The notes: generated by a model not told the origin, from the sequence alone. DNA of 62,002 bases, filler included, from 5 parts of 5 records of this genome joined end to end with filler, not necessarily neighbours in it, one strand, 5' to 3'; numbered from the whole stretch's first letter, positions 21,936 to 31,882 are shown. Made by a program: numbers and translations.

Positions 21936-22991
21936 ATGAGACATGAAAGGACCAATCATCTCAGGTGGTTATGCGCCGGGGCGTGGATGCTATTTGCGTA
22001 CCTTGCTGCGCCTTTGCAGGCAGACACACCGTCAGCGCCCATAGCCTCAGTACCCATTGATCTGACCGACAACCGCATTCATGCCGCATTTGTAATTGAC
22101 GGCAAACCCCAGCGCCTGCTGCTGGATACCGGCGCGTCCACATCGTTGCTTTTTGAAAGCTCCGGCGTTCAGGCAGGCAATCGGGGCGAAGGCGTGGCGA
22201 TCAGCTTCCCAGCGTTTGCCTCATCCGCCCCAGGGTACCGGCTTCCGAGGTTAAATATCCAAGCAGGCGAGTTTAGTTTCACCAGCGAAACTACCCTTTT
22301 CATCGGCGGCGATGAACCCGTCATCAGTGACATCGGCGGCAAGTTTACCGGTATTCTCGGCCGGGATTTCCTCAGGCGTTTTGTGGTTGAGATTGTGCCG
22401 TCAGAAAAGCTGATGAAACTCTACCCTCCCGGCACTGACCTCTCACCCCATTACCGCCTGAAGCACGCACTCATCATGCAAGCGGGCTCGCCCTATATCA
22501 TTCACCGGTTTCGCTTGCCTTGGGAAACCTGGCCCACCCAGAAAAAGCTCTTGCTCGATACAGGCTATCCGGGTGGCGTGGTGCTTTGGAATGACCGTCA
22601 TTTTGATCGCGCTACCAAACCGAAGGAACGGCAAGGGCTTAAAGAAGCCCGCAAAGGCATTGTCTATTTTGGTATCGTGAAGTTTGGCAAACTTCTGTTT
22701 CGCAACATCCCCGTCTTTGTTGGCCCTTCAATGCCCGGCCAGCTTGAAGACAGGGACGGCCTTATTGGCGCCAGCATGTTCCTGCCCTTCCGGTATGTGA
22801 TTGACCTGCCCGGTGAGCAACTATTGCTGCACCCCCGCGTGCGCTATGGCGGCCTTGGTTTTCAAATCAGCAATGAGGTGATCTATACCCCCGGCGATGA
22901 AGACTTTGTCATGAAGGACTTTCGGCCAAAACCAAGTTCCACACCGGTTGATACCTACCACCGCAGCGCAGAGATCGTACCTAGTGGTTAG
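21936..22991 (+). CDS. Secreted retropepsin-like aspartyl protease with two catalytic lobes
   Basis: Signal peptide; two DTG motifs (LLLDTGAS, LLLDTGYP) each followed by a GILG/GLIG motif. Confidence 0.8.
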   Translation: MRHERTNHLRWLCAGAWMLFAYLAAPLQADTPSAPIASVPIDLTDNRIHAAFVIDGKPQRLLLDTGASTSLLFESSGVQAGNRGEGVAISFPAFASSAPGYRLPRLNIQAGEFSFTSETTLFIGGDEPVISDIGGKFTGILGRDFLRRFVVEIVPSEKLMKLYPPGTDLSPHYRLKHALIMQAGSPYIIHRFRLPWETWPTQKKLLLDTGYPGGVVLWNDRHFDRATKPKERQGLKEARKGIVYFGIVKFGKLLFRNIPVFVGPSMPGQLEDRDGLIGASMFLPFRYVIDLPGEQLLLHPRVRYGGLGFQISNEVIYTPGDEDFVMKDFRPKPSSTPVDTYHRSAEIVPSG

Positions 22992-23043
22992 ATAAGGTCA
23001 GACGTATAGATGAAATCTGGCGATTAATCTGGCGGTGAGATGC

Positions 23044-23071
23044 AAAAAAGCGCGCTCCTTATGGAACGCGC
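23044..23071 (-). terminator. Rho-independent terminator of popZ
   Basis: Minus strand GCGCGTTCC-ATAA-GGAGCGCGC-TTTTTT. Confidence 0.75.
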
Positions 23072-23107
23072 CTCTGAATTCTTGGGGCTAATAGCCACGG
23101 CACCAGC

Positions 23108-23671
23108 TTATTTCCGGCGAGCGATCCGCGCCACTTCTCGCTCAACCGCATCTTGCACTATGGCAGGCAGGTTTTCATCCAGCCAGCCCTGCAGCATTGG
23201 CTTGAGCATCGCACGGATCAGTGATTCCAGCGTGTTATCCGCGCCTTCATAGCCAGCCACCATCATTTGGGTCAGGTGTGCAAAGCTCTCCGCTGTGCGG
23301 GTTTCAACCGGCGGCGATACAATCGCATCCACTTCACCTGGGCTCGCAAGCTCTGTCAGCTCAAACACATCCTCTTCCGGTTCGGGTTCCGGCTCAGGCC
23401 ATGGTTCAGGCTCAGGAGTTGGTTCCGGTTCCGGAATGGGCTCTGGTTCCGGCTCAGGCTCGGGCCAGGGTTCTGGCTCAGGCTCTGGTTCAGGCATGGG
23501 TTCGGGTTCTGGCTCGGGATCTGGCTCCGGCTCAGGTTCGGGCGCTTCGTCAAAGGTCTCTTCAACCTCCGGCTCTGCTGCCTCATCGTCCGACTCATCA
23601 GAAATAATCCGGCGAATAGACGCCAGTATCTCTTCCATTGTCGGTTCGTCTTCAGATGCGTTATCGCTCAT
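23108..23671 (-). CDS. popZ: Polar organizing protein Z (DUF2497)
   Basis: N-terminal [16 protein letters not shown]-terminal [37 protein letters not shown]; tolC-popZ-valS synteny; ATG 23671. Confidence 0.93.
   Translation of the reverse strand: MSDNASEDEPTMEEILASIRRIISDESDDEAAEPEVEETFDEAPEPEPEPDPEPEPEPMPEPEPEPEPWPEPEPEPEPIPEPEPTPEPEPWPEPEPEPEEDVFELTELASPGEVDAIVSPPVETRTAESFAHLTQMMVAGYEGADNTLESLIRAMLKPMLQGWLDENLPAIVQDAVEREVARIARRK
23376..23543 (-). repeat. Degenerate hexanucleotide repeat encoding the (Pro-Glu)n linker of PopZ
   Basis: ggttcc/ggctca/ggttca units translate to [29 protein letters not shown]... Confidence 0.9.
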
Positions 23672-23886
23672 AGACCAGCCAGTGTTAGAACTCCCTAGAC
23701 CACAGGTACCGTTTAGAGAGTCACGTGTCAATAATTCTTAAACTAACAAAGGTAGTTAACAATAACTGCCATGATAGCTGAAGCGTTTCAAAAGTAAGCA
23801 AAAAATATAAAAAAAGAGACTTACTTATCTCTTAAATCAGTAAACCAGTGACATTTTGCACGCAAAAACACTGATGGAAACCAAAG

Positions 23887-23914
23887 AAAAACCCCCGCCG
23901 TAGGCAGGGGTTTT
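23887..23914. terminator. Bidirectional terminator downstream of tolC
   Basis: AAAAACCCC-CGCC-GTA-GGCA-GGGGTTTT hairpin with A and T tracts. Confidence 0.7.
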
Positions 23915-23958
23915 ATTCTACTTCTGGGAGTTCTTACTCCCGGTAGCATGAGTGTGAA

Positions 23959-25326
23959 TTAATCCACGCCCATCCCGAAGAATTTGTTGTCAACCTTGTC
24001 GGTGTAGGCGTCCGGGTCATAGCGCGTGACGCCAAGACCAAGGTCTTTGGCTGTCAGGCGACCAGTTGCGGATACAAGGCTGTAGGCTGCAACGAACTCA
24101 TCCCTCTGTGCACGCACAAGTGCCACACGTGCGTTCAGAAGTTCCTGTTCCGCGTTCAGCACATCAAGCGTTGTGCGGGAACCCACATAAGCTTCCTGAC
24201 GAACACCCTCAAGCGCGATCTCGCTTGCGCGAACCTGTGCTTCAGATGATGTGATCTGGCCAACGGCCGCGCGGTACTGGTCCCATGCCACAAACACACG
24301 CTCTTGTGCCACACGCTCAGCCTGACGGATTTCCATCAAACGCTGGCTGCGCAATTGCTTGGCGCGGCGAATGTCAGAATAGCGCGCACCACCGGCATAA
24401 AGCGGTACCGACACTGTCACACCAATACCTTTAGACTCGCTCTGGTCAGTAACCGGCACACCTGCGTCATTTACACCACCGGAATTGGTAACGTCGCTCC
24501 AGCTTGCTCCCACACCTACCGTTGGCAACAGCGTACCTTTTGCCTGGTTTACAGCGTGGCTTGCAGCTTTTTCCCCGTACTCCGCAGCAATCACACCAGG
24601 GCTGAGTTCCATGGCGAGCTCAATAGCTGTATCGAGATCACCGGGAAGTTCAGGCTTGCCATTTGGTGTTTCAAGCGTTGCTGGCGTGCGGCCCACAACC
24701 CGGCGATACTGTGCACGGCTGGAGGCAAGTGTCGCTTGTGCAGACAGAAGCGTTGATTTAGCGCCTTCAAGACGTGCCTCGGATTGCGCAACGTCTGTAC
24801 GGGTCACTTCCCCCACGCGAAAGCGGTCCTGGCTCGCTTGAAGCTGACGCTCAAGTACCTGAACGTTGTTCTGGTTCAGGGACACAACGGCCTCATCACG
24901 CACCACGTTCATGTAAGCGGAAACCGCGTCCAGAAGAACCTGCTGTTCCACTGACTGCAGTTGCGCGCGGCCTGCCATCACGTTGCTGCGGGCGCTTCTA
25001 ATCGCGTTACGATCCTGAAAGCCGCGAAACACGTTCAAGTTGGCTTCGAGGCCGAGGGTTTCCCTAGACGTACTTACCGACGGGGTATTCCCAACCTTAA
25101 CATCGCCCTCGTTATAGCTATATGAGCCACTGAGCGAAGGCAAAAAGCCTGACTTCGCTCGAGAAATTCCTTCATCAACTCCACGGAGTGCCGCACGCTG
25201 AGCCATCAGCTGTGGGTTGCTCTCATAAGCGGCAGCCAGTGCCTCTTCGAGCGTTTCCGCGGAAATATTAAAAGTGCCCGTCAGCACTGTTGTCACTGCC
25301 AACAGTGATACGATCCCCTTTTTCAT
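23959..25326 (-). CDS. tolC: TolC family outer membrane protein
   Basis: ETLEEALAAAYESNP, GEVTRTDVAQSEAR, GSRTTLDVLNAEQEL. Confidence 0.95.
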   Translation of the reverse strand: MKKGIVSLLAVTTVLTGTFNISAETLEEALAAAYESNPQLMAQRAALRGVDEGISRAKSGFLPSLSGSYSYNEGDVKVGNTPSVSTSRETLGLEANLNVFRGFQDRNAIRSARSNVMAGRAQLQSVEQQVLLDAVSAYMNVVRDEAVVSLNQNNVQVLERQLQASQDRFRVGEVTRTDVAQSEARLEGAKSTLLSAQATLASSRAQYRRVVGRTPATLETPNGKPELPGDLDTAIELAMELSPGVIAAEYGEKAASHAVNQAKGTLLPTVGVGASWSDVTNSGGVNDAGVPVTDQSESKGIGVTVSVPLYAGGARYSDIRRAKQLRSQRLMEIRQAERVAQERVFVAWDQYRAAVGQITSSEAQVRASEIALEGVRQEAYVGSRTTLDVLNAEQELLNARVALVRAQRDEFVAAYSLVSATGRLTAKDLGLGVTRYDPDAYTDKVDNKFFGMGVD

Positions 25327-25486
25327 ATGCGTCTCCTTGTTTCCTCGCTGTTTGTTTTATTATTGGCCAAAAGCCGGGTTATCAGCCTCTACCCAAGGGG
25401 TTGGTGGTTTTTATCACCTTTTTTACTTCAACTCTAGCCAGATTAAAGATGCCACATTTTTTGGCATGGCATCCTAACAGACTGCT

Positions 25487-26140
25487 TTAAAATACAAAAC
25501 CTGCTTCTTTTTCAAAGCCCGGCAACGGCTGGATGTTCGCGTCAAACAAATCCATCGCTGTTGGAATACCGGCCTCCATTGTCACGATATGGGCACGGCC
25601 CTGCCCGCCGTCAAGCTTCACGCACAAAAGGCGTCCGCCATCCTTAAGCTGTTTGAGAAGGGCTGCGGGCACTTCCGTCACCGCCCCCTCAAGCACAATC
25701 ACATCAAACGGGCCTTGTTTCGCAACGCCTGCTGCATGCGCGCCTTCAACAACCGCAACGTTCATGATCTCAAGACTTGAAAGCTTTTTCTCGGCAAGCT
25801 TCACGAGGTCTGCGTCAGCTTCAAGCGCCACCACTGCATCTGCAAGGCCCGCCATCACCGCAGCGGAATAGCCTGTTGCACAGCCGATATCGAGCACGAG
25901 GTCCTTGGGGCCGATTTGCGCTTCGTCAAGAAGGCGCGCAAAAATCATCGGCTCCATAAGGTAACGACCGCCGCCGATTGCCAGGTCTTCGTCCACATAA
26001 GCGACAGACCGTTTTGCCTTGGGCACAAACAACTCGCGCGGAACGGCGCGAACGGCGTCGATAATACGCTCGTCATTCACTTCGTTTACACGAAGCTGAC
26101 AGTCGATCATGTGGCTACGGGCTACGGCTGATTCGGTCAC
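25487..26140 (-). CDS. pcm: Protein-L-isoaspartate O-methyltransferase family protein
   Basis: MIDCQLR, VPRELFVP, VLDIGCATGYSAAV, GPFDVI, QLKDGGRL. Confidence 0.93.
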   Translation of the reverse strand: MTESAVARSHMIDCQLRVNEVNDERIIDAVRAVPRELFVPKAKRSVAYVDEDLAIGGGRYLMEPMIFARLLDEAQIGPKDLVLDIGCATGYSAAVMAGLADAVVALEADADLVKLAEKKLSSLEIMNVAVVEGAHAAGVAKQGPFDVIVLEGAVTEVPAALLKQLKDGGRLLCVKLDGGQGRAHIVTMEAGIPTAMDLFDANIQPLPGFEKEAGFVF

Positions 26141-26378
26141 GGTTCGAACCTCTATCTCAAATAAACTGCATACGGCTTTGCCGCTTTATAAATAGGCGAG
26201 CCCTCGGAGGCAACGCGTTTTCTCTTTAAAAATGCTCTTTTGCGACTGCTTCTATCACAAACCCTTCCCAGACACCGCTCCGCCTGCGGTCACCCGGTGC
26301 GTTCCTGCGGCAAATCGATGCCGTCACATGTGTCTTACGGGCCGCGCTCATCTTTCCCTTCGGGGCTATAACCTCAAC

Positions 26379-27356
26379 TCAGCGAAAGTCACCGTTCTGC
26401 GGGTCTTCCATGGGGAAAGTGCTCGGTGGTAATTCCACCGGCGTGCTGGGCTCATAAATTACCCTGTTGCGGCCAAGCCGCTTCGCCATATAGAGCGCCT
26501 TGTCAGCGCGCCTGAGCGCCGCGTCGATATTCTCGTCCGACGGGTCCACGTCCGTAAGGCCAATGCTGATGGTCAGCGACACAGTCTCCCGCGCGATCAC
26601 CGATACCTGATGGCTGATACGGCTTTTGAGGCGCTGCAACACACCCATCGCGGCTTCATGGTCTGTGGACGGGAACAATACCCCAAATTCCTCACCGCCC
26701 AAACGACCAAGGGTATCCTCGCGCCTGAGGGTTTGCTCACAAATCTCGGCCACTTCAGCCAGTACACGGTCCCCCACCTCATGACCAAAACGGTCATTGA
26801 TTGCCTTGAACCGGTCAATATCCAGCATGGCAACAGCAAGCTCAGTACCGTGGCGCTTCATACGAGCAATCTCGCTTTCCGCCGTGCTCATGAAATAGCG
26901 ACGGTTGAAACATTTGGTCAGCGGGTCAACAGCGGCCAGATAGGCCAGCTCCTTGTTGGCGGCCTCAAGTTCCTGCGTGCGGTTCACAAGGTCGAGCTGG
27001 GTTTTCACCCGCGCACGCACAATCGCGCGCTCAAACGGCTTGAGGATATAATCAACCGCGCCCAGCGCAAAACCGGAGGTCTCGTCCTCAGTCTCCGTAT
27101 GAAGGCCGGTGATGATGATGATCGGGATATGTTTGGTGGCATCGTCGGCCTTGAGCCTTTTGCAGACTTCAAAACCGTCCAAGTCAGGCAAGACAATATC
27201 AAGAAGGATGAGCGTCGGTTGATGATCCCGCGCATACAATAGCGCAGCCTCGCCGGTTTCCACGGTGTTCACCTGCGCCAAATCCGCGATGGTGGACTCC
27301 AGAAGCTTCGCCATCACGCGAATATCTTCAACGATCAAAACCTGATTATCAGACAT
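26379..27356 (-). CDS. Response-regulator diguanylate cyclase (REC-GGDEF)
   Basis: LLDIVLPDLDG receiver Asp, DPLT, RREDTLGRLGGEEF (RxxD I-site plus GGEEF). Confidence 0.95.
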   Translation of the reverse strand: MSDNQVLIVEDIRVMAKLLESTIADLAQVNTVETGEAALLYARDHQPTLILLDIVLPDLDGFEVCKRLKADDATKHIPIIIITGLHTETEDETSGFALGAVDYILKPFERAIVRARVKTQLDLVNRTQELEAANKELAYLAAVDPLTKCFNRRYFMSTAESEIARMKRHGTELAVAMLDIDRFKAINDRFGHEVGDRVLAEVAEICEQTLRREDTLGRLGGEEFGVLFPSTDHEAAMGVLQRLKSRISHQVSVIARETVSLTISIGLTDVDPSDENIDAALRRADKALYMAKRLGRNRVIYEPSTPVELPPSTFPMEDPQNGDFR

Positions 27357-27480
27357 ATCTTACTCGCATAAACCCTACATTTGCGACGCAAGTATCTGCC
27401 TTGGGGCGCCTTGTTGCAACCCTTGATTCGTGTGCACTCTACATTTCGGTTATTCTGGAAACGCTGCCATTGCAAACTGC

Positions 27481-28392
27481 TCACGCCACAACGATGCGGT
27501 TACGGCCGCCTTCCTTGGCTTGATATAGCGCCTTGTCGGCTCGTTTGAGCGCATCCTCGATCTTGAGGTCGCTTTCATAAACCTCAGCGATACCAAGGCT
27601 TGCTGTTACACCAAAATTGCGCCCGGCAAACTCGAACGACAAGGCTTCAAGTCGCTCACGCATACGTTCAAGTACCGTGAGCGCCCCTTCCGCATCAGCC
27701 ACCGGCAGCAGGATCGCGAACTCTTCACCACCCATGCGGCCAACGTTATCCTCATGGCGCACACATTCTTTCATGCAGGCGCCAACGGCCCTGAGCACAT
27801 CATCACCCGCCGCATGGCCATAGCTATCGTTGACAGATTTAAAGTGGTCGATGTCAAGCATGGCAACGGTTACGGCATAGCCGTGCCTGCGCATACGGCT
27901 AAGCTCCGCATCTGCAATACCAAGGAAATAGTGACGGTTCAGGCAGGTGGTCAACAAATCAACACTCACCAGGCGCTGCAGTTCTACATTCGCTTTTATG
28001 AGCGCCTCTTCACGCAGGTAAAGGTCAAGCTGGGTTTTTATCCGTGCCCGCACAACGGCGGGCTTGAGCGGCTTGCAGATATAGTCTGCGGCCCCTGCCG
28101 CGAAGCCTATGCTCTCCGCTTCTTCGGTAGTTCCTTCACCGGTGATCAGGATAACAGGGATATGTTTAGTGCGGTGGTCGGCTTTGATGGCGCGGCACAC
28201 CTTAAGGCCGTCAATGTCCGGCAAGCGAATATCAAGCACGATCAGCGTGGGTTTATTCTCGAGCGCTTTAATCAGGCCAATCTTGCCGTTTTGCGCCGTC
28301 ACCACCTCTGCCGTGCCACCGATGATTTTCCTCAAGAGTTCAAGAATGACCGGATTGTCATCAATCACCAGAATTTTCTCAGTCGCGCTCAT
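27481..28392 (-). CDS. Response-regulator diguanylate cyclase (REC-GGDEF)
   Basis: IDDN, VLDIRLPDIDG, RHEDNVGRMGGEEF. Confidence 0.95.
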   Translation of the reverse strand: MSATEKILVIDDNPVILELLRKIIGGTAEVVTAQNGKIGLIKALENKPTLIVLDIRLPDIDGLKVCRAIKADHRTKHIPVILITGEGTTEEAESIGFAAGAADYICKPLKPAVVRARIKTQLDLYLREEALIKANVELQRLVSVDLLTTCLNRHYFLGIADAELSRMRRHGYAVTVAMLDIDHFKSVNDSYGHAAGDDVLRAVGACMKECVRHEDNVGRMGGEEFAILLPVADAEGALTVLERMRERLEALSFEFAGRNFGVTASLGIAEVYESDLKIEDALKRADKALYQAKEGGRNRIVVA

Positions 28393-28562
28393 ACCTGTCC
28401 CCGCTCATGGCCTACACTCACGCACGGCCTGTCCACTCATGCCCCCGCATGCTCAACCTTATTCAGAAACAGCATTATCATCACAGCATTATAAGAAAAG
28501 CTTAAAATTGAAGTAATTGCCTTCGCCTGCACCACCGAGCCTGTGTGTTGGCAAAAAGTCCC

Positions 28563-28591
28563 TTGACCGGTCACTATCGTGGTTCTATACG
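28563..28591 (+). promoter_or_regulatory. Sigma70 promoter of tRNA-Cys
   Basis: TTGACC-17 nt-TATACG, 20 nt before the tRNA. Confidence 0.65.
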
Positions 28592-28611
28592 GTTCGACAC
28601 ACCACTAGAGA

Positions 28612-28646
28612 GGCGCGGTGGCGGAGTGGTGACGCAGCGGATTGCA
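28612..28646 (+). tRNA. tRNA-Cys(GCA), 5' half only (contig ends at anticodon)
   Basis: GGCGCGG-TG-GCG-GAGTGGTGA-CGC-A-GCGGA-TT-GCA: acceptor 5' strand, short D arm, anticodon stem, GCA; tRNA-Cys is commonly divergent from pcm in alphaproteobacteria. Confidence 0.85.
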
Positions 28647-28746
28647 NNNNNNNNNNNNNNNNNNNNNNNNNNNNNNNNNNNNNNNNNNNNTTAATTAATT
28701 AANNNNNNNNNNNNNNNNNNNNNNNNNNNNNNNNNNNNNNNNNNNN
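28647..28746. other. Artificial contig linker
   Basis: N44-TTAATTAATTAA-N44 (stops in all six frames). Confidence 0.99.
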
Positions 28747-28796
28747 GGATCAAGCCGCTTCGGCGCTGCTCCGGCATCTTGGTCGTCAACGGGCAA

Positions 28797-29501
28797 TCAA
28801 TGATTGAGCAACCCGGGCGTGTCCTTCTGAGTGACACGCCGGAAGATGTCCTGCAATAGGATTTGTTCCAGCGTCGTGTCGCGTCCCAGCGGAATCCAAC
28901 CAAGAGTCTGCGGGTTATCGTCGAAGTCATCCACGCGACTGGTACGTGAACCGTCGTGACGTTGTCCGGCGGTGGTTTCGGTCGCGTACTGGGTTCGATC
29001 GGTGTCTTCCAAGTCTTTTTGGACAATGATCTCGACGGAATAGCCGTTCGAATGCGGACGAACATGGACGATCGCTCGGCGTCGGATGGATTGCAACGTG
29101 CTCTGCAAACGTTCGAATCCGGGCGAACTGTCTTTCCGCCACGGCTCCAAAATGGAACCACCAACCTTGTAGCTTGTTTCAAGTCGTCCTTCGAGAACGG
29201 CACCCGGCTGATTGACCACCGGTTGCTCCCGAGAAATCCGAAACACGTCGTCCACCGCATCGACCACCTGCAACCAAAGGAAGTCTGCCGGAACGGGCGG
29301 TAGATCCAACGGATTAGGAACGTACTGGGGTGGGATATCGGTTCCAAGCCGGTACGCCAGTTGGCCACACCCGGCCGACATCAACGCCAGTGCGCAAATG
29401 ACGATCCACCGTACGTGAAGGGCACTGCGTTGGTGCGGGGTTCGGTTTGGACAAACGCGTTGGTTCCGATTCGCACGATGCCGTGATGCGCAATGGGCCA
29501 T
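28797..29501 (-). CDS. Hypothetical planctomycete lipoprotein
   Basis: Hydrophobic stretch and lipobox LMSAGC; start uncertain. Confidence 0.7.
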   Translation of the reverse strand: MAHCASRHRANRNQRVCPNRTPHQRSALHVRWIVICALALMSAGCGQLAYRLGTDIPPQYVPNPLDLPPVPADFLWLQVVDAVDDVFRISREQPVVNQPGAVLEGRLETSYKVGGSILEPWRKDSSPGFERLQSTLQSIRRRAIVHVRPHSNGYSVEIIVQKDLEDTDRTQYATETTAGQRHDGSRTSRVDDFDDNPQTLGWIPLGRDTTLEQILLQDIFRRVTQKDTPGLLNH

Positions 29502-29506
29502 ACCGC

Positions 29507-30676
29507 CTACCTTTGCAGCGCCGGTCGAGCTGACACCTGAAGCAACGGTTTCGCTTCTGGGAAATCGTCGGGATAGAACGACCAAACCGGAACACGTTGG
29601 CGAACTTCGACCATCACTTCTTCCTGGTCAGCACGAATCTTCTGCTGACGAAGAATATCTGAGATATCGTCTTGAAGCTCTCCGACAGGAGTCACCCCAG
29701 CGTCTTCTCGTTCCAACACTCGGATGATGTGATACGCATCAGTGTCCTCGATGATCTCGCTCATCTTACCGGTCGGCAACGAGAAGATTTGCTGATCCAG
29801 GATTGCTGACACCAAAGACCCTTGATTAGTCCAATCATGCAATCCGCCTGAACTCGCGAATGGTTCTTCGCTCTTGGCCTTCGCAACCGCTTGCATGTTG
29901 CCGCCGTACAACGCCTCGCGTCCCATCTCGGTGATTGCGTTCATCGCCGCATCGCGAGTTGGGTGATTGCTGAACATGACCGTCAGCTGTTCCCAACGAG
30001 CACGGGCTTTGTGTTCGTACTTGGATTGATGTTCCTGGTAGTACCGCACAATCTCGGAAAGCGAGACCGCGGGGTCTTTGTTGACCTTGCTGCGGATGTA
30101 CAAGCTGCCCAGCATCTGGTCCATGAATTCACGCTGGCGGAAGGCCAGCGACGATCCCTCTTTGCGAAGAAGATCGTCGAGTTCTGCCTTTGAATCCACA
30201 TTGGCTTTTTTCATCAGCCCGGGCAGTTCCGTTTCATAGAACATCTGACGAGCCTTGGCGGCCATCGTTGCCTCCGCTTCACGTCGTTTGTCCGCCGCAG
30301 CGGTGCCGACTTGTTCCAACAAAAACGCTTCGCGAAGCATCCGACTTTGTATGGTTTGAACGAGCAAGCTACGAGTCATCCGCAACTTCACGTAGTGCAG
30401 TTCGTCCTCCGGTACCTCGCCACTGGCTTGCGTGAGCATACGAGAAAGCTGAGCATCCACACGTGGTTTCAGCTCGCCGAGCAGAACTCGTCCTTGGCCA
30501 ACAACGGCCATCACCGTTGCCGGATCTGTGGGAAGCGGCGTTTTCTTGGCTTCTTCCACTTCTGCGCGGGTCGGCATTTGCGCATGCAATCGCGGCACAA
30601 CCATGGCGGTTACCCCAATCGCCAACGCAATCCAAGCGAAACAACGAGGGACTACGTGATGGCAGGGCGAAGGCAT
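29507..30676 (-). CDS. Parvulin-type peptidyl-prolyl isomerase (SurA/PrsA-like chaperone)
   Basis: Signal peptide; SEEPFASSGGLHDW...IFSLPTGKMSEIIEDTDAYHIIRV rotamase signature. Confidence 0.85.
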   Translation of the reverse strand: MPSPCHHVVPRCFAWIALAIGVTAMVVPRLHAQMPTRAEVEEAKKTPLPTDPATVMAVVGQGRVLLGELKPRVDAQLSRMLTQASGEVPEDELHYVKLRMTRSLLVQTIQSRMLREAFLLEQVGTAAADKRREAEATMAAKARQMFYETELPGLMKKANVDSKAELDDLLRKEGSSLAFRQREFMDQMLGSLYIRSKVNKDPAVSLSEIVRYYQEHQSKYEHKARARWEQLTVMFSNHPTRDAAMNAITEMGREALYGGNMQAVAKAKSEEPFASSGGLHDWTNQGSLVSAILDQQIFSLPTGKMSEIIEDTDAYHIIRVLEREDAGVTPVGELQDDISDILRQQKIRADQEEVMVEVRQRVPVWSFYPDDFPEAKPLLQVSARPALQR

Positions 30677-30889
30677 GGTGACCCCAATTCGCAACGGAAA
30701 CAAATGAATGAGTTCGGCTTGTAGAGAAATCGAACGCGCATTGGCAACCGCGATTTAGCGACAATCGATGGATGAACAACGGTTTTCCATGGCATATCGA
30801 CTCCGTGTCGCATTGCTGGCACCGCCAACAGGCGAAACAATGCGTGAAACCCTGACCGTGAAACCGCTCCACTTCGATTGAAACCAGCC

Positions 30890-31825
30890 ATGGATTATCG
30901 CCCTGTCCAACTCGACGACGCCTTGGAAAACGACCTGCGGCAATTGGTCCGTCTTTCGATCGCAGAGGACTTGGACATCGCCGTCGACTGGACCACGGTC
31001 GCCATGATCGCACCCGAACGCCGTGGTGCCTGCCAGATCGTCCCTCGATGCTCCGGGATCGCGGCGGGGATCGCTTTGGCACCGTGGATCGTCGATGAGT
31101 TCGACGCCGATTTGGAAGTCGAGGTTTTGATTGACGAGGGAACTCCGCTGGTTCCCGGAGAACCGATCGTGCGGCTCTCAGGTTCGGCCAGAGACCTGCT
31201 GACCAGCGAACGCGTTTTGCTCAATATCCTTTCTCGACTGTGCGGCGTCGCGACATTGACCGGACGATACGTCGAAGCAATCGGAGAACACGACGCTCGA
31301 CTGTATGACACTCGCAAAACGACCCCCGGTTGGCGACGACTCGAAAAGTATGCGGTGCGATGTGGCGGCGGCCATAACCATCGAACCGGACTGTACGATG
31401 GCTTTCTGATCAAAGACAACCACCTCGCTCTCGGTCGCAGTGAACACGATGCTTCGTCCAAACTCACCGCCGGCGAAGCAGCGACGCGAGCCGTTGCGAT
31501 GCGGGGAGCCAGCGTCAATCAATTGGTCGCACCGCCGATGGTTGAAATCGAAGTCGACACGCTGGAACAATTTGAACAAGTCGCCACGACGGGCATCGAC
31601 ATTGTTCTGCTGGACAACTTTTCGTTGGATGACCTTCGCCGCGCGGTGGCTCGACGAGACGAACTGGGTGTGACACTCGACTTGGAAGCATCAGGAAACG
31701 TCACGATCGATACGATCGGCAACGTCGCTGCGACTGGCGTGGACCGAATCAGCAGCGGGGCTTTGACGCATCAAGCCACTTGGTTGGACCTGGGGATGGA
31801 TTGGCTGGACGGGTTCGCGAGCTAG
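30890..31825 (+). CDS. nadC: Nicotinate-nucleotide diphosphorylase (carboxylating)
   Basis: DTRKTTPGWR, NHRTGLYD, LIKDNH, EIEVD, LLDNF, EASG, ISSGALTH. Confidence 0.97.
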   Translation: MDYRPVQLDDALENDLRQLVRLSIAEDLDIAVDWTTVAMIAPERRGACQIVPRCSGIAAGIALAPWIVDEFDADLEVEVLIDEGTPLVPGEPIVRLSGSARDLLTSERVLLNILSRLCGVATLTGRYVEAIGEHDARLYDTRKTTPGWRRLEKYAVRCGGGHNHRTGLYDGFLIKDNHLALGRSEHDASSKLTAGEAATRAVAMRGASVNQLVAPPMVEIEVDTLEQFEQVATTGIDIVLLDNFSLDDLRRAVARRDELGVTLDLEASGNVTIDTIGNVAATGVDRISSGALTHQATWLDLGMDWLDGFAS

Positions 31826-31882
31826 TGTTGGGGAAATCGGACCGTTGGTAGCGGTCATTCACTTCCTCTTTGTACACCGACC

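Noticed and set aside
23376-23543. Repeat array as CRISPR
   Set aside because: 6-nt coding periodicity and no unique spacers; no CRISPR array or cas gene seen anywhere in the window.
23295-23741. Plus-strand ORF with long (Gly-Ser)n repeat
   Set aside because: Antisense shadow of the PopZ PE repeat.
23731-23766. CtrA box upstream of popZ
   Set aside because: TTAA half-sites are present but none at N7 spacing.
28691-28702. TTAATTAATTAA as a biological motif, and ORFs ending in XXXLIN
   Set aside because: Synthetic linker repeated identically four times between N runs.
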